The notes beneath the pieces were generated by a model that made no database searches, was not told the origin of the DNA, and was given only the letters and a program-made list of their open reading frames with translations. The position numbers were made by a program, and so were the translations under genes. A stretch of DNA of 37,791 nt, taken from the sequence record SRR22947727_1528. One strand, 5' to 3'. Position 1 is the first letter of the stretch. The number at the start of each line of letters is the position of its first letter. This document shows, one piece after another, positions 9,593 to 17,766 of this stretch.

Positions 9593-11251
9593 TTAATGTG
9601 TCTCTGCCCAATTATTTCCTATTTTAAATTCACTGTCTAGAGGACAGTTTACTTTGAGTTCTTCTTCAACAAACTTCATTGCATCTTTTGTAATCCTTCC
9701 AAGCTTATCTGCATGTAATGTATTCACTTCAAACTGGTATTCATCGTGGATACTAGCAACAAGTTTATAGTCTATCTTTTCTCTCTCTGCTAGTAGTATT
9801 ATTTTACGAAGCCAAGCCTTACATATGATTGCGCCTGCTCCTTGTAGTAGGAGATTAACAGCGGCATGTTGCTGTCTGACAACCAGTAGTCTACCATCCA
9901 GACCACGAATGAAACCTTCTTGTGCAGCCTTGTCCACTGCATTACGAAGACGCTTCAGTGCTGGCATGTTTGACATAAACTTATTCATAACTGCTTGTCC
10001 TTCTCTGGCACCACCGCCTACGATGGAACCAATCTTGGCTGGACCTGCACCATAAATTAATGCATAGATGAATGTCTTTGCCTGATCCCGGCTATCAAGT
10101 CCAGCATTCTTTTGGTTTGCTGTATGAATGTCACCATCTACTACTTCTCTAGTAAACTCAGCGTCATCCATATAGTGTGCTAGGCAGCGTAATTCTAAAC
10201 CTGACGCATCACAGCCTAACAGTTTGTACGAAGGTGAAGTAGTCTTCCACACTTCTCTGCACTCTTTGCCGTAGGGAGAGTAAACGGCAGGTATCTGTGC
10301 CATGTTAGGACCGTGATGCGCCATGCGTCCAGAGATGGCTTTCAATGTCATCACACGCCCATGAACTTTACCATCTTCTTGGACTACATCCAGCCATGAT
10401 TTAACCTGTGACACCCGCTTCTGAAGGAGAAGATACCTTGCAATCTTTTGTGCTTCAGGTATGTCCACATTCTTTAGCGTACCTTCATCCACAATTGGAT
10501 GTCCAGTAGGTGTATGTTTCTCAGGCTTCCAGCCCTTCTCCATCAGACGAAAGGCTATCTGTTGGCGAGAACCTGGATTGAATACCTCAACCTTATCTTG
10601 CAACCTCTTGCCTGTCTTCTCCGAATATCTTTCATGAACAATAGGCGGGAATATTTCCTGCATCTCTTGTTCGATATCCGCAGCTTCTTCTGCAAGTTTA
10701 GCAACAAGGATAGAAGCCTTTGGTATATCAAGGCTGAATCCATTCTTCTCTTGTCGGTCTATGATGGCACGTATGTCATGCTCTAGTTTGATAGACCTAG
10801 CAGAGAACTTCTGTAGTTTAGGCAACAGGTGTTTGTATAACTTAATAGTTACTTCAACATCCTGTCTACAATACTCTAACATCTCCATGTTAAACTGAGA
10901 GAAGTCAGAGTAATCCATTTTGTATTCCCCTAGTCTTTGACCCCAAGCTTTCAAGCTATGTCCATTCTCTAGGGAAGGGTCTACAATCTGTGATAGTATT
11001 AGAGTATCACGTATCTTAGACAGAGGTATCTTTGCGTCTAGTAGTTTGTTTAATACTGGTGCATCAAATGATACGCCATTGTGCATAACAATAACATCAT
11101 ATGTAGATAGTAATCTAGGCAGGCTGTCAAAGCCATTGTTATTTTCATACCACTCAAACTTTTCTCCTGTGTCTACATCTTGACCACATACACAGTGTAC
11201 TACCTTTGCGTCAATACCATCTGTTTCAATGTCAAGTGCTATACGTTTCAT
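9593..11251 (-). CDS. polA: DNA polymerase family A (T7-like) with 3'-5' exonuclease
   Basis: LDIET, HNGVSFD and YCRQD exonuclease motifs; DASGLELR (motif A), RDQAKTFIYALIYG (B), IHDE (C). Confidence 0.95.
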   Translation of the reverse strand: MKRIALDIETDGIDAKVVHCVCGQDVDTGEKFEWYENNNGFDSLPRLLSTYDVIVMHNGVSFDAPVLNKLLDAKIPLSKIRDTLILSQIVDPSLENGHSLKAWGQRLGEYKMDYSDFSQFNMEMLEYCRQDVEVTIKLYKHLLPKLQKFSARSIKLEHDIRAIIDRQEKNGFSLDIPKASILVAKLAEEAADIEQEMQEIFPPIVHERYSEKTGKRLQDKVEVFNPGSRQQIAFRLMEKGWKPEKHTPTGHPIVDEGTLKNVDIPEAQKIARYLLLQKRVSQVKSWLDVVQEDGKVHGRVMTLKAISGRMAHHGPNMAQIPAVYSPYGKECREVWKTTSPSYKLLGCDASGLELRCLAHYMDDAEFTREVVDGDIHTANQKNAGLDSRDQAKTFIYALIYGAGPAKIGSIVGGGAREGQAVMNKFMSNMPALKRLRNAVDKAAQEGFIRGLDGRLLVVRQQHAAVNLLLQGAGAIICKAWLRKIILLAEREKIDYKLVASIHDEYQFEVNTLHADKLGRITKDAMKFVEEELKVNCPLDSEFKIGNNWAETH

Positions 11252-11718
11252 AGTTCTATCAGTATCGCTTTCTCATAAGGGATGTGAAAAAAGTGTTCGC
11301 CTTTTTTAATGTATCTTCCTTTAGCTTCTTTAACTTCTGACGCTGCAACTACATCATCTTTGATACGCCATGCAGCCTTGAGGTCAGAACGAAGAATGTA
11401 AAAGTTAAAGAAGGAGTTATCTTTTCCAATTGATTTAACCCTATTGATTAGCTTGTGTTTACGATAAGGTATTCGTATCTCTTTCCAGTTTGGATTCCAG
11501 TCACCACTCCATGAGAACTTAACTTCAACCTCACTGAAGTACGAATTATAATTCTTTTCTGATTTAATGTCAACAGAAAAATCTTCTTCACTATCAGTAA
11601 TTGTGTGACCATTCTTAATTAGGTAGGCCATGATCACATCTTTAGCTGACTGATCTGCGAGTTGATATCTGTGCTTTGAGAACGGTATGTTCACTGCACC
11701 TTTGATCGGCTGTAACAT
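11248..11718 (-). CDS. Hypothetical protein, possible restriction-endonuclease-like fold
   Basis: VDI…EVEVK resembles a PD-(D/E)XK motif; coupled to the helicase and polymerase genes. Confidence 0.6.
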   Translation of the reverse strand: MLQPIKGAVNIPFSKHRYQLADQSAKDVIMAYLIKNGHTITDSEEDFSVDIKSEKNYNSYFSEVEVKFSWSGDWNPNWKEIRIPYRKHKLINRVKSIGKDNSFFNFYILRSDLKAAWRIKDDVVAASEVKEAKGRYIKKGEHFFHIPYEKAILIEL

Positions 11719-13388
11719 TATATATAATCTCCAATGTCTGGTTCATTTGCTTTGGCATCGAAGGGATTATCAATCTCTGCCATACGTCCTGTAGTTTTGT
11801 CGTAAAGAAGGTATGTAGCCACACCAGTTTCACCTGCGTAACGGTTCTTCAGGACACGCACAGTCGTTGTATTGGCTGCTACAGGGTCATCAGCCTGTTG
11901 ATCACGTTCAAGCCCTATGACAGCATCTGAAAGCTGGGCAATGCTATGTGATCCACGAAGCATAGACAAGGATATTTCTTTACCTTGTTCTGTTCCCTGA
12001 TCACCAGAGCCACGCCGTAGGTGTGACACCAGAAGCATACCACACTGTGTCTCTTCGACAAGTGAACGTAGCTTAGTCATCAGCATGTCAATGTTTCTAC
12101 GCTCATCACCATCGTCCAAGCCTGACACCAAGATAGATAGGTGATCAATGACAATAAACTTACAGTCCATAGCTTTGACCATGTAACGTACACGAGACAG
12201 GATCTCATCAGTTGTAATAGAACCAAAGTGGTTGAACGATATCAGCCGTGGGTTCTTAATGGTGTCATCAATGTAAGGCTGAAGCTGATCCCTTGTATAC
12301 TTATTACGTTCTTCTTTAATGAAGAGCCTATCGTTAGCAGGGATGGACATCAGATGGAACATAGTCTGCTTCTTGTTTTCTTCCAAGTGAATGATACCAA
12401 TGTTTGCATCTGTACTCTTTAGCATGTGGTACTCTAGTTCGTACATCATGCTGGTCTTTCCGGCTCCTGTACCTGCAGTGATGGTAACGAGTTCACCAGT
12501 ACGCATTCCATACAGCTTTTCATTTAGTCCAGCGAATGGATACATTACAGTTTCATTATCATCTTCTTCAAATAGTGAATCAATATGATCACACAAACGA
12601 ATGATACCTGCAGGTGTGTAAGGTGATGCTGCCCACCAACCACGAGTAAACTCTTCACGTTGGTTCTGCTTCAAGTATTCGTTAGCATCTTTGAGTTTCA
12701 TGTCCATGATCTTACATTTCATAGGCTCAAAGATTTGTGCAATCTTGTTTGCAGCTTCAATTCCTGGACCGTCATTATCAAAACAGATAACAATAGTTTC
12801 AAAAGAGTTTAGGAAATCATACTGTGCTTTGGCATCACGAACAGAACCTTGTGCGCCTGTCTTAACAGATACAACAGGCCACTTAGATCCAAGCAGTTCG
12901 TAGGCAGACATAGCATCTACCTCACCTTCACAGATTGTAATGTACTTACCACCCTTGTTAAACTTTTGCTGTCCAAACAAGGCTGCGTTAGTTACGTTAC
13001 CTTCACAACGAAATGTTTTATTCTCGACTGTTCTTGTTTTGTTAGCGACAATACTCTTGTCATTATCGTAGTATGGGTAGTGATGTGCCATGACATTACC
13101 ATTAGTACCAAGAGTTACCTTGACACCAAAGAACTCACACGTTTCTTTCTTGATACGGCGGTCAGCAATAGGTGCAAACACACCCTTATCTGTAATAGGT
13201 ACATAATTCTTCTGAACTGGTATGATCTGTTGTTGTGCTGTCGATTCCATACTGTTAGCCTTCCAATGTTTATCACATACGAAACAATGCTTGTGTCCAT
13301 CTTGGAACACAACTCTACCGTCAGACGATCCACAGTCACATGCTTCACGTCTTACTTCTATGTCAGATGCATTACGATCCGTCATCAT
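11718..13388 (-). CDS. Primase-helicase (T7 gp4-like)
   Basis: Zn ribbon CDCGSSD…HCFVC; TOPRIM EGEVD and FDND; Walker A AGTGAGKT; IDHL, LRGS and KNRY motifs. Confidence 0.95.
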   Translation of the reverse strand: MMTDRNASDIEVRREACDCGSSDGRVVFQDGHKHCFVCDKHWKANSMESTAQQQIIPVQKNYVPITDKGVFAPIADRRIKKETCEFFGVKVTLGTNGNVMAHHYPYYDNDKSIVANKTRTVENKTFRCEGNVTNAALFGQQKFNKGGKYITICEGEVDAMSAYELLGSKWPVVSVKTGAQGSVRDAKAQYDFLNSFETIVICFDNDGPGIEAANKIAQIFEPMKCKIMDMKLKDANEYLKQNQREEFTRGWWAASPYTPAGIIRLCDHIDSLFEEDDNETVMYPFAGLNEKLYGMRTGELVTITAGTGAGKTSMMYELEYHMLKSTDANIGIIHLEENKKQTMFHLMSIPANDRLFIKEERNKYTRDQLQPYIDDTIKNPRLISFNHFGSITTDEILSRVRYMVKAMDCKFIVIDHLSILVSGLDDGDERRNIDMLMTKLRSLVEETQCGMLLVSHLRRGSGDQGTEQGKEISLSMLRGSHSIAQLSDAVIGLERDQQADDPVAANTTTVRVLKNRYAGETGVATYLLYDKTTGRMAEIDNPFDAKANEPDIGDYI

Positions 13389-13705
13389 TACCTATTATCT
13401 CCTGATCCTTGTAGTGTTCCCTTGCGCTGACGCTCTGCCAGCTTGTACATATTATCTTTTGCTACGTCCTCAAGGCTTACACCAATTACATCTGCCACTG
13501 CAGCCACATACCAAAGTACATCACCAAGTTCACTGATGAGTTCTTTTTCTTTCTCAACTGAGTGACCATCCCGAATGAACTTCTTTACCTTGTTAGCAAT
13601 CTCACCTGCCTCACCAGCCAATCCAAGGGTGGCATAGTATACACCCATGTCTGTTGGAAAGATAGCAGTTTTCATAGCCAACTTTTGATAATCATTCATG
13701 TTCAT
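13388..13705 (-). CDS. MazG-like nucleotide pyrophosphohydrolase
   Basis: LGLAGEAGEIANKVKK…ELGDVLWY motif. Confidence 0.9.
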   Translation of the reverse strand: MNMNDYQKLAMKTAIFPTDMGVYYATLGLAGEAGEIANKVKKFIRDGHSVEKEKELISELGDVLWYVAAVADVIGVSLEDVAKDNMYKLAERQRKGTLQGSGDNR

Positions 13706-14076
13706 GCTTGCACCTCTTTATTTTTCTCTAGCTTGTATTTTAAAACGGTTTCTTCTATAAATTCTTTTATATCTTTTTTATGCCAGTACCATACGGCAAA
13801 ACCTTTTACTCTCCATCGTCTATTTCTTAGTGAAATAATATACCTATTGTTAATAATAATTTCACCAGTACTATACATTTGAATAATAATATCATGTTCT
13901 AGTTCAAGAAGATCTATTAGTTTTGTTAGTCGTTGTGCTTCCCTAGCGTAGGCATCTTCTTCGCCTTTCTCTAATTCCAAGATAGCTTCCGCTAATTCTT
14001 TTTTAAGTCTTGGAAGATCATCTTTTGTTATCTTTGGGTTGTCCAAATATTTTGTAGAATACTTGTACTTAGACAT
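13702..14076 (-). CDS. Hypothetical protein
   Basis: 124 aa; AGGAG RBS; ATGA overlap with the next gene. Confidence 0.75.
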   Translation of the reverse strand: MSKYKYSTKYLDNPKITKDDLPRLKKELAEAILELEKGEEDAYAREAQRLTKLIDLLELEHDIIIQMYSTGEIIINNRYIISLRNRRWRVKGFAVWYWHKKDIKEFIEETVLKYKLEKNKEVQA

Positions 14077-14085
14077 ATTTTTCTC

Positions 14086-14292
14086 CTAGTTCATATGCTT
14101 ATGTTGAAAGTAAGTTCCGTATAGTTCACCCTCATCAAAGATTTGTAACATGTCATTTACAATGACGGCATCGTATCCCATAGTCTTGGCTAGATATGCC
14201 CTGTCTTCCATGAACTCTTTGATGTTGTCCACACCTTCAATGACCGATACTTTCTCTGCTGTTTCAAAATAAATCTTATGATCTCGCTGCAT
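14086..14292 (-). CDS. Hypothetical protein
   Basis: 68 aa; AAGGAG RBS. Confidence 0.7.
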   Translation of the reverse strand: MQRDHKIYFETAEKVSVIEGVDNIKEFMEDRAYLAKTMGYDAVIVNDMLQIFDEGELYGTYFQHKHMN

Positions 14293-14524
14293 CTAGTATC
14301 TCCTTCTTGACAAGTTCAAGCATAAAGATCATGTCAGGTGCGTCATTAACTGCAAGGCTCATAAACAACTGATCGTCTTTTGTCCAACCAAGAATCATTA
14401 CATCTCTAATGTCTTGCTCTAGTGCCTTACTGAATGCTTCCTCTACACTACGATCAATCTCTCTTTCATTATTGTCATCTACTACACTGAAAAGATTGAT
14501 AATTTTATTTTCATCATCCGACAT
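14276..14524 (-). CDS. Acidic hypothetical protein (start probably MSDDENK)
   Basis: Fits the gene packing; the ORF track extends it to 14551. Confidence 0.65.
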   Translation of the reverse strand: MSDDENKIINLFSVVDDNNEREIDRSVEEAFSKALEQDIRDVMILGWTKDDQLFMSLAVNDAPDMIFMLELVKKEILDAARS

Positions 14525-14723
14525 TATCAAGTTCCATCCACTCTCTTGCAAACTCTTTTGCTTCTTTATGTGTTGATCTTGTAAAGAAACCAGTTAGTTT
14601 ATTGTTACGGTATGTTTCAATGTGATATTCTTTTGATCCTCTGAAGTCTCTTCCTGGAATTTCAGATGCTTTTAGTTGTTCAGATAGTTCATACCATGCT
14701 TTGAATACCTTATATCTTTTCAT
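14514..14723 (-). CDS. Hypothetical protein
   Basis: GGAG before the ATG at 14723; ATGA overlap with the upstream gene. Confidence 0.6.
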   Translation of the reverse strand: MKRYKVFKAWYELSEQLKASEIPGRDFRGSKEYHIETYRNNKLTGFFTRSTHKEAKEFAREWMELDNVG

Positions 14724-14929
14724 CTCTCCACACCCATGACCCAATCTTCTGCCATGTTTTCCATGTACTGTTCTGAATGACCAGCCAAATTAAGTTCTTC
14801 AATGATGGCTGCGTCTTGTATCTTTACTATAGTATAGGAACCGTCCGGCTCTTTGAAGATGCTTGCTTTTCTATAGGAGCCATCACCCCTAGAGCAATCT
14901 TCATCACTATAGAACTCATGTAATAACAT
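14720..14929 (-). CDS. Hypothetical protein
   Basis: 69 aa; TAATG coupling; C-terminal HSEQYMENMAEDWVMG. Confidence 0.7.
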   Translation of the reverse strand: MLLHEFYSDEDCSRGDGSYRKASIFKEPDGSYTIVKIQDAAIIEELNLAGHSEQYMENMAEDWVMGVER

Positions 14930-15132
14930 TACTCAACATCTCCCTTACGTTCTACAATTTTAATAAACCTGCTGATACCACTCTGTGCTTTCTCTAAACT
15001 CTCGTGAATGTTATCAAGTAATTTACTTTCTGTCAAGGTCAAAGTGTTTGATGCGCTGATAGCTTTGTCAATTGCACTCTTAACTTTCTTGAAGTCTTCC
15101 ATCTTATTCATTACCTTAACTGTCATCTTCAT
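14929..15132 (-). CDS. Hypothetical helical protein
   Basis: 67 aa; AGGAG RBS. Confidence 0.65.
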   Translation of the reverse strand: MKMTVKVMNKMEDFKKVKSAIDKAISASNTLTLTESKLLDNIHESLEKAQSGISRFIKIVERKGDVE

Positions 15133-15403
15133 CTCCTAAATTAAACTTGAATTTAACTAAGTTATGTGCTTCTTCTAGGTCTTGCATCTCAACCATTGAC
15201 ACCATCCTCATGCCTCCCATGTCGTTGTACATTGCAGTTAGTAACACAGAAGTAAGTAACTTGTCCATGTCCTTTAATGCTTTCAACTGTGAAGGCTCAA
15301 GAAGATCAACGTGCTTCTGTTTGATTTTCTTTTCTTGCTCACGTTTCTTTTCCCAATAGGCCATGCGTTCATTATTCGACATGTTCTCATATTTCTTAGC
15401 CAT
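15116..15403 (-). CDS. Hypothetical protein
   Basis: 95 aa; AAGGA RBS. Confidence 0.7.
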   Translation of the reverse strand: MAKKYENMSNNERMAYWEKKREQEKKIKQKHVDLLEPSQLKALKDMDKLLTSVLLTAMYNDMGGMRMVSMVEMQDLEEAHNLVKFKFNLGDEDDS

Positions 15404-15542
15404 GTTGTTTATCCTTTTCAGCTAAACATTTTTCTAGGTTCTCGTGCAGTTCTGCAATACGAATGTATGCATCCTGCAAGCTCTTCTGTAGCTCATGAAT
15501 ATTATGCATGAGTATTTCTTTTTCTGTAATAACTTTACTCAT
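15396..15542 (-). CDS. Small coiled-coil protein, 48 aa, not in the ORF track (MSKVITEKEILMHNIHELQKSLQDAYIRIAEL…)
   Basis: Hand-translated; fills the gap and overlaps both neighbours by 8 nt. Confidence 0.6.
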   Translation of the reverse strand: MSKVITEKEILMHNIHELQKSLQDAYIRIAELHENLEKCLAEKDKQHG

Positions 15543-15717
15543 CCCATAACGCCTTGTTTATACTATCAACATAGTCGTTTGTATCTGCCATGATATCTTC
15601 TGCTTCTTCCTTGGCAAGTTTCTTTGCTTCCTTCGCATCATATCCTTCGTCAATGTATTGCTGATACAAATCCCGAAACAAACGCTTGCGATCTTTTTCC
15701 CATAGGTTGACAGTCAT
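15535..15717 (-). CDS. Small acidic hypothetical protein
   Basis: 60 aa; AAGGA RBS. Confidence 0.7.
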   Translation of the reverse strand: MTVNLWEKDRKRLFRDLYQQYIDEGYDAKEAKKLAKEEAEDIMADTNDYVDSINKALWDE

Positions 15718-15908
15718 AGTCCTAGTTCCTTTTTTAATTGATGTTTGTTTATCTCATCGAAATCTTTTAAGTAATCTTCAGTATCATTGAGGAAGGAATT
15801 GATTTCATCAATGTCGATTTCGTTTGCAGATACGGCTGCGACTGTCTCTACATAGTCAAGATCGGTTGCAGATATTTCATAGTGATTATTATATTTTCTT
15901 TTTGTCAT
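15714..15908 (-). CDS. Small acidic hypothetical protein
   Basis: 64 aa; AAAGGA RBS. Confidence 0.7.
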   Translation of the reverse strand: MTKRKYNNHYEISATDLDYVETVAAVSANEIDIDEINSFLNDTEDYLKDFDEINKHQLKKELGL

Positions 15909-15981
15909 GACATTATCCTTTCATTACCTGACAAAAATTAAACTTAGCATTCCTAATAGAGCGAACACCAACATAAATAGC

Positions 15982-16010
15982 ATCATACAATACATAATCC
16001 AATATGTCAA
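15982..16010 (-). promoter_or_regulatory. sigma70 promoter for the replication genes
   Basis: TTGACA-N17-TATGAT. Confidence 0.7.
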
Positions 16011-16023
16011 TTTTATTTTCTCC

Positions 16024-16052
16024 TTGACATCAAAATTTTCCAGGTGTATAAT
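16024..16052 (+). promoter_or_regulatory. Perfect sigma70 promoter, antisense to the early arm
   Basis: TTGACA (16024-29), N17, TATAAT (16047-52). Confidence 0.8.
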
Positions 16053-16089
16053 CCTCTTTAGAGAAAGAAAAAGATAATAAAAGATAATA

Positions 16090-16245
16090 CTAGTTACCTT
16101 TATAGCCTTTATAGTCCTCTATTACGGGTGGGAGTTTCTTTCTGTTGAAAGAACCCTTACCTTTCTTAGGTGGCACGACACTAGCCCTACGCCTTGATAG
16201 GGCAATTGCTCTAGCGATAGGATTGATAGGGCTAATGCGTTTCAT
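16090..16245 (-). CDS. ArfA-like (alternative ribosome rescue factor A-like) peptide, 51 aa, not in the ORF track
   Basis: MKRISPINPIARAIALSRRRASVVPPKKGKGSFNRKKLPPVIEDYKGYKGN; KKGKGS[YF]xRK is the ArfA signature; AAGGAG RBS 7 nt upstream. Confidence 0.75.
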   Translation of the reverse strand: MKRISPINPIARAIALSRRRASVVPPKKGKGSFNRKKLPPVIEDYKGYKGN

Positions 16246-16248
16246 TTG

Positions 16249-16527
16249 TCACTCCTTTGGAATAATCTTTGAAGGTTTAAACTTTGACCGTTGGTTTTGC
16301 TGCCACTCTTTAAATGAAGGTTCCATGTTGTTCATGGCTTGAAACTTTAGTTTGTCTAGCAGTTCAGCAACAACTAACTCATCCTCGTACTGTCGCACAA
16401 ACTTATCGAATGGGTGTACTCCTTCTGGATCATTCATCCTGTCTTCCAGTGCTAACCCTGAAGCATATTCAATCAAACCCTCTAACTGTTCTGGTGTATT
16501 AGCAGGTGTTAAGTCTAACTTAGGCAT
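16249..16527 (-). CDS. Hypothetical protein
   Basis: 92 aa; GAGGT RBS. Confidence 0.7.
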   Translation of the reverse strand: MPKLDLTPANTPEQLEGLIEYASGLALEDRMNDPEGVHPFDKFVRQYEDELVVAELLDKLKFQAMNNMEPSFKEWQQNQRSKFKPSKIIPKE

Positions 16528-16530
16528 GGC

Positions 16531-16677
16531 TCACCTCATTTCTTCGTTGATGTAGTACACTAAGGAATCATCGTCAATCAGATCCGTAAGGTATTGATGG
16601 ATTGATTCCTTCAATGCGTCTTCTTCATGTCCAATGTCATCGAACTCTAGGTAAATTGTTACTGTTGTTTTAGGCAT
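16531..16677 (-). CDS. Small acidic protein, 48 aa, not in the ORF track (MPKTTVTIYLEFDDIGHEED…)
   Basis: Hand-translated; fills the gap between flanking genes. Confidence 0.6.
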   Translation of the reverse strand: MPKTTVTIYLEFDDIGHEEDALKESIHQYLTDLIDDDSLVYYINEEMR

Positions 16678-16831
16678 CGTCTTCATCCTCAAACATAATT
16701 GCCCCACCGATTAAATCCAAATCTTCATCTATAAAAAATTTGATTTTAATAGAGCCTTCATCATCACCTATTTGTAACCACTTGTCAGAAGGGCAGCTAT
16801 TCAACCAATTAAAGAAATCTTCTCTACTCAT
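16670..16831 (-). CDS. Small acidic protein (start probably MSREDFFNWL)
   Basis: The ATG follows the upstream gene's stop; the ORF track extends it to 16912. Confidence 0.6.
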   Translation of the reverse strand: MSREDFFNWLNSCPSDKWLQIGDDEGSIKIKFFIDEDLDLIGGAIMFEDEDDA

Positions 16832-16832
16832 A

Positions 16833-17159
16833 TCAATCCATCCTTGTAATGTAGTAACCGTCAGGCGTAGGAAGTGCAGTGATTGCGGACTCATAGAAGT
16901 ATACGTCACCATCCTTTGTCTTCATCTTGGCAATCCAAGGAAGGTCATCGTCATCTTCATGTTCGCTGCAATAGTTTCCATCCTCAGTTACATAGCCACC
17001 AAACTTGTACAGTTCACCGAAGCCATAGCTGTCCTGCATATGCCCCACCAAGTCATCCTTCTCTCGTAAATTATACTCCATCACCCACATAGGTAACAAC
17101 CCTAGTGCCTCTTGGATTTGTTCACGAGGTGCATCAAATACTTTACTATTAATATCCAT
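16833..17159 (-). CDS. Hypothetical protein
   Basis: 108 aa; AGGAG RBS; C-terminal ITRMD. Confidence 0.75.
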   Translation of the reverse strand: MDINSKVFDAPREQIQEALGLLPMWVMEYNLREKDDLVGHMQDSYGFGELYKFGGYVTEDGNYCSEHEDDDDLPWIAKMKTKDGDVYFYESAITALPTPDGYYITRMD

Positions 17160-17170
17160 GTCTGTGTCTC

Positions 17171-17362
17171 CTAATCACACGATGTTTGTCTTGAAATGAT
17201 CACTGTATATACATCAGAACCATCACGTTTGTCAACCCCTTCATTGATAATTCTTGTGTCGTATCCTAGTCGAGGGTAACTGTTGAAGTAACTTGTGATC
17301 TTCTGGTCTAAGATTTCTTTTGTTGGTGCTTCCATGTGTTCCTCTATCGTCTTCATTACCAT
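17171..17362 (-). CDS. Hypothetical protein
   Basis: 63 aa; YFNSYPRLGYDT…SRQTSCD; GAGGT RBS. Confidence 0.7.
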   Translation of the reverse strand: MVMKTIEEHMEAPTKEILDQKITSYFNSYPRLGYDTRIINEGVDKRDGSDVYTVIISRQTSCD

Positions 17363-17766
17363 GACCTCTCCATAATATGTAGTAACTCATTCATTTCCTT
17401 ACGAGAATATGTTTTGTTATCCTCCATTCCTTCGATCATAAACTTAGTTACCTTTGCAATTTTGTGAATCCTGGAAATTCTAATCTTCCAAACGTGACGC
17501 TTGAATGAGATAGATGTGTACAAGTTACCACCAATTACACCAAAGATACCTGCCTTTCCATGTCTCCGCAGCTTCTTGTACTCTAGCAATCGAAACCTGC
17601 CTAAACCTACGTCACCTTCCTTGATCACATCCCAAGGCTTGTTGATGTAAGGTGGTGCTACCCAATCACTGGTAACCTGAACAGGTATAATCTTCCAGCT
17701 TGTTCCGTCACGCTCATTGATCTTTTCAATTCGGCTTTTCATTTTCTCGCTTACTGTACCACTCAT
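17356..17766 (-). CDS. Hypothetical protein (start probably MSGTVSEK)
   Basis: ATGA overlap with the methylase stop codon. Confidence 0.65.
   Translation of the reverse strand: MSGTVSEKMKSRIEKINERDGTSWKIIPVQVTSDWVAPPYINKPWDVIKEGDVGLGRFRLLEYKKLRRHGKAGIFGVIGGNLYTSISFKRHVWKIRISRIHKIAKVTKFMIEGMEDNKTYSRKEMNELLHIMERSW

Noticed and set aside
12849-13430. 193-aa + strand ORF and other antisense or nested ORFs in the track
   Set aside because: They are shadows of well-supported genes, with no RBS or recognisable motifs.
16145-16342. + strand 65-aa ORF downstream of the antisense promoter
   Set aside because: TTG start without a clear RBS; it shadows the arfA-like gene and its neighbour.
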